Part shown: in pieces, positions 63,112-64,000 of the stretch
Position numbering within the stretch: the first letter of the stretch is position 1
Layout: every line of letters begins with the position of its first letter
Assembly: GCA_963818345.1 (NCBI GenBank)
Contig: CAWFRX010000009.1
Span: forward strand, 3,130 to 67,129
DNA: 64,000 nucleotides
Reading direction: 5' to 3'
From: an uncultured Acidobacteriota bacterium
Lineage (GTDB): Bacteria; Acidobacteriota; Terriglobia; Acidiferrales; UBA7541
The notes under the pieces: model-generated
Seen by the model: only the letters and a program-made list of their open reading frames with translations
The model's database searches: none
Told to the model about the DNA's origin: nothing
Translations under genes and position numbers: made by a program

Positions 63112-63193
63112 GAGGGATTCCTCCGCTACGTGGCGGCCCGTCCCGCAGGAGCGGGACTGGAGAAAGGACGCCGCCACTACGGTCGGAATGACC
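63112..63193 (-). repeat. Long-form hairpin repeat, additional copy
   Basis: Minus strand reads gtcattccgaccgta-GTGGCGGC-gtcctttctcca-gtcccgc-tcct-gcgggac-gg-GCCGCCAC-gtagcggaggaatccctc. The architecture matches 43597-43677 but the stem sequences differ. Confidence 0.75.
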
Positions 63194-63255
63194 GGTGGTT
63201 GCTGGGGCGGAGCAAGGTGAACAAGCACGAAGCGGGTTCAACAGGTGCGCAACCT

Positions 63256-63447
63256 GATGCGGCAGAACCGTCGCCTTCGACGGTAAGCCGGAACGATGCG
63301 AACGAAGACCAGCAGAGAGATACTTCGCTGCGTGGCGGTGCGTCGCGGCGAACGCGACGCGGGAAAAAGCAGACCGCCACTTCGACTCAGAATGACGCGG
63401 GGCTTCATGGCGCTGCGATGGTTTGCGTCACGGTCCGATTGGCTGGG
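63256..63447 (-). repeat. Long-form hairpin repeat, inverted homolog of 43545-43737
   Basis: Outer stem gtggcggt (63331-63338) / accgccac (63372-63379). Inner hairpin gcgtcgcg-gcgaa-cgcgacgc (63339-63359). The flanks match copy 1 almost base for base. Confidence 0.85.
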
Positions 63448-63655
63448 CTAAAAAGTCATGGTGACCGCGGGTTGCTGGGGCGCGGCGGGCGAGGTGCGCG
63501 TCAGACAGCTACGATCGTTCGCATGACGGCGCGATGGGCGGAGGCTAAAAAAGTCGCAGGCCCTCGGAATGAACGCCGTGGCTTAGCTTCGGTAGGTAGA
63601 CGGAGCGGTCGTTTTGCGTGCGCTGCTTACCGCTTTGAGTGGGCTGTCTAAAGAG

Positions 63656-64000
63656 CTAGGCTTTCAAGGCTGGGGCTTGGTCGAGATTCATCGCCAGGTC
63701 CACGAGGGTGCGCACGCCGACGCCGGTACCGCCTTTGCCGGCCCATGGTTTGGCATCGTCGAGCCAGGCGGTGCCGGCGATATCGAGATGGACCCACGGA
63801 GTGTCGCCGGTAAATTCGCGCAGGAACCACGCTGCGGTCGACGCGCCCGCACCGCGGCCACCTACATTTTGAATGTCGGCGATGGTGCTCTTGATCTGGT
63901 CGCGATAGTCGTCGTCGAGTGGCAGATGCCACATTTTTTCGCCTGCCGTTTTCGCACTGGCGAGCACCCGTTCGGTGAAGGCATCGTCGGTGCCGAAGAC
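63656..64000 (-). CDS. pepA: Leucyl aminopeptidase (M17), C-terminal part; gene continues past the window end
   Basis: ..EKMWHLPLDDDYRDQIKSTIADIQNVGGRGAGASTAAWFLREF..PWVHLDIAGTAW..GKGGTGVGVRTLVDL. Confidence 0.8.
   Translation of the reverse strand, partial: VFGTDDAFTERVLASAKTAGEKMWHLPLDDDYRDQIKSTIADIQNVGGRGAGASTAAWFLREFTGDTPWVHLDIAGTAWLDDAKPWAGKGGTGVGVRTLVDLAMNLDQAPALKA

Overview
High-GC bacterial chromosome segment. The taxon is probably Acidobacteriota, inferred from carboxypeptidase-regulatory-domain outer-membrane receptors, many secreted or lipoprotein orphans, and 'GTCATYCYGAG...GGATCTGC' interspersed repeats. I found no rRNA, tRNA, CRISPR array, transposase or integrase.

Gene content is mostly housekeeping and metabolic:
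- gcvT-gcvH-gcvPA-gcvPB glycine cleavage operon
- hutU plus glutamate formimidoyltransferase
- ilvE, pilT, recX, thiG, glgB, ggt, argS
- a phosphohexomutase followed by ftsB, cutA, a Cys/Met PLP enzyme, an acyl-CoA ligase and a Zn-ADH
- ABC-2 and FtsX transporters, a cation/H+ antiporter and a MIP channel

The left ~6 kb is visibly lower in GC and holds only orphan genes.

The most striking property is that about 30 clearly recognisable genes are broken by 1-nt indels at short homopolymers. These broken genes occur in blocks, while several long genes (948, 722, 659 and 577 aa) are intact. I call the broken genes pseudogenes as sequenced, but consensus or assembly error is at least as likely as real decay.

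Candidates for something new:
- a two-gene module with a small protein and a stand-alone Clp D2-type AAA+ ATPase (15.3-17.0 kb)
- a probably leaderless 69-aa protein with 11 Cys (24.7 kb)
- a Cys-motif secreted paralog pair, one copy carrying a CcmD-like TM tail
- a tandem-IPT lipoprotein pair (52.65-55.7 kb)
- a hairpin-bearing repeat family whose copies show compensatory stem changes
- an unexplained 400-nt stem-rich non-coding stretch (6.0-6.4 kb)

All coordinates for frameshift joins and some gene ends are approximate. Every call comes from reading the sequence and the ORF track, and no database search was possible.
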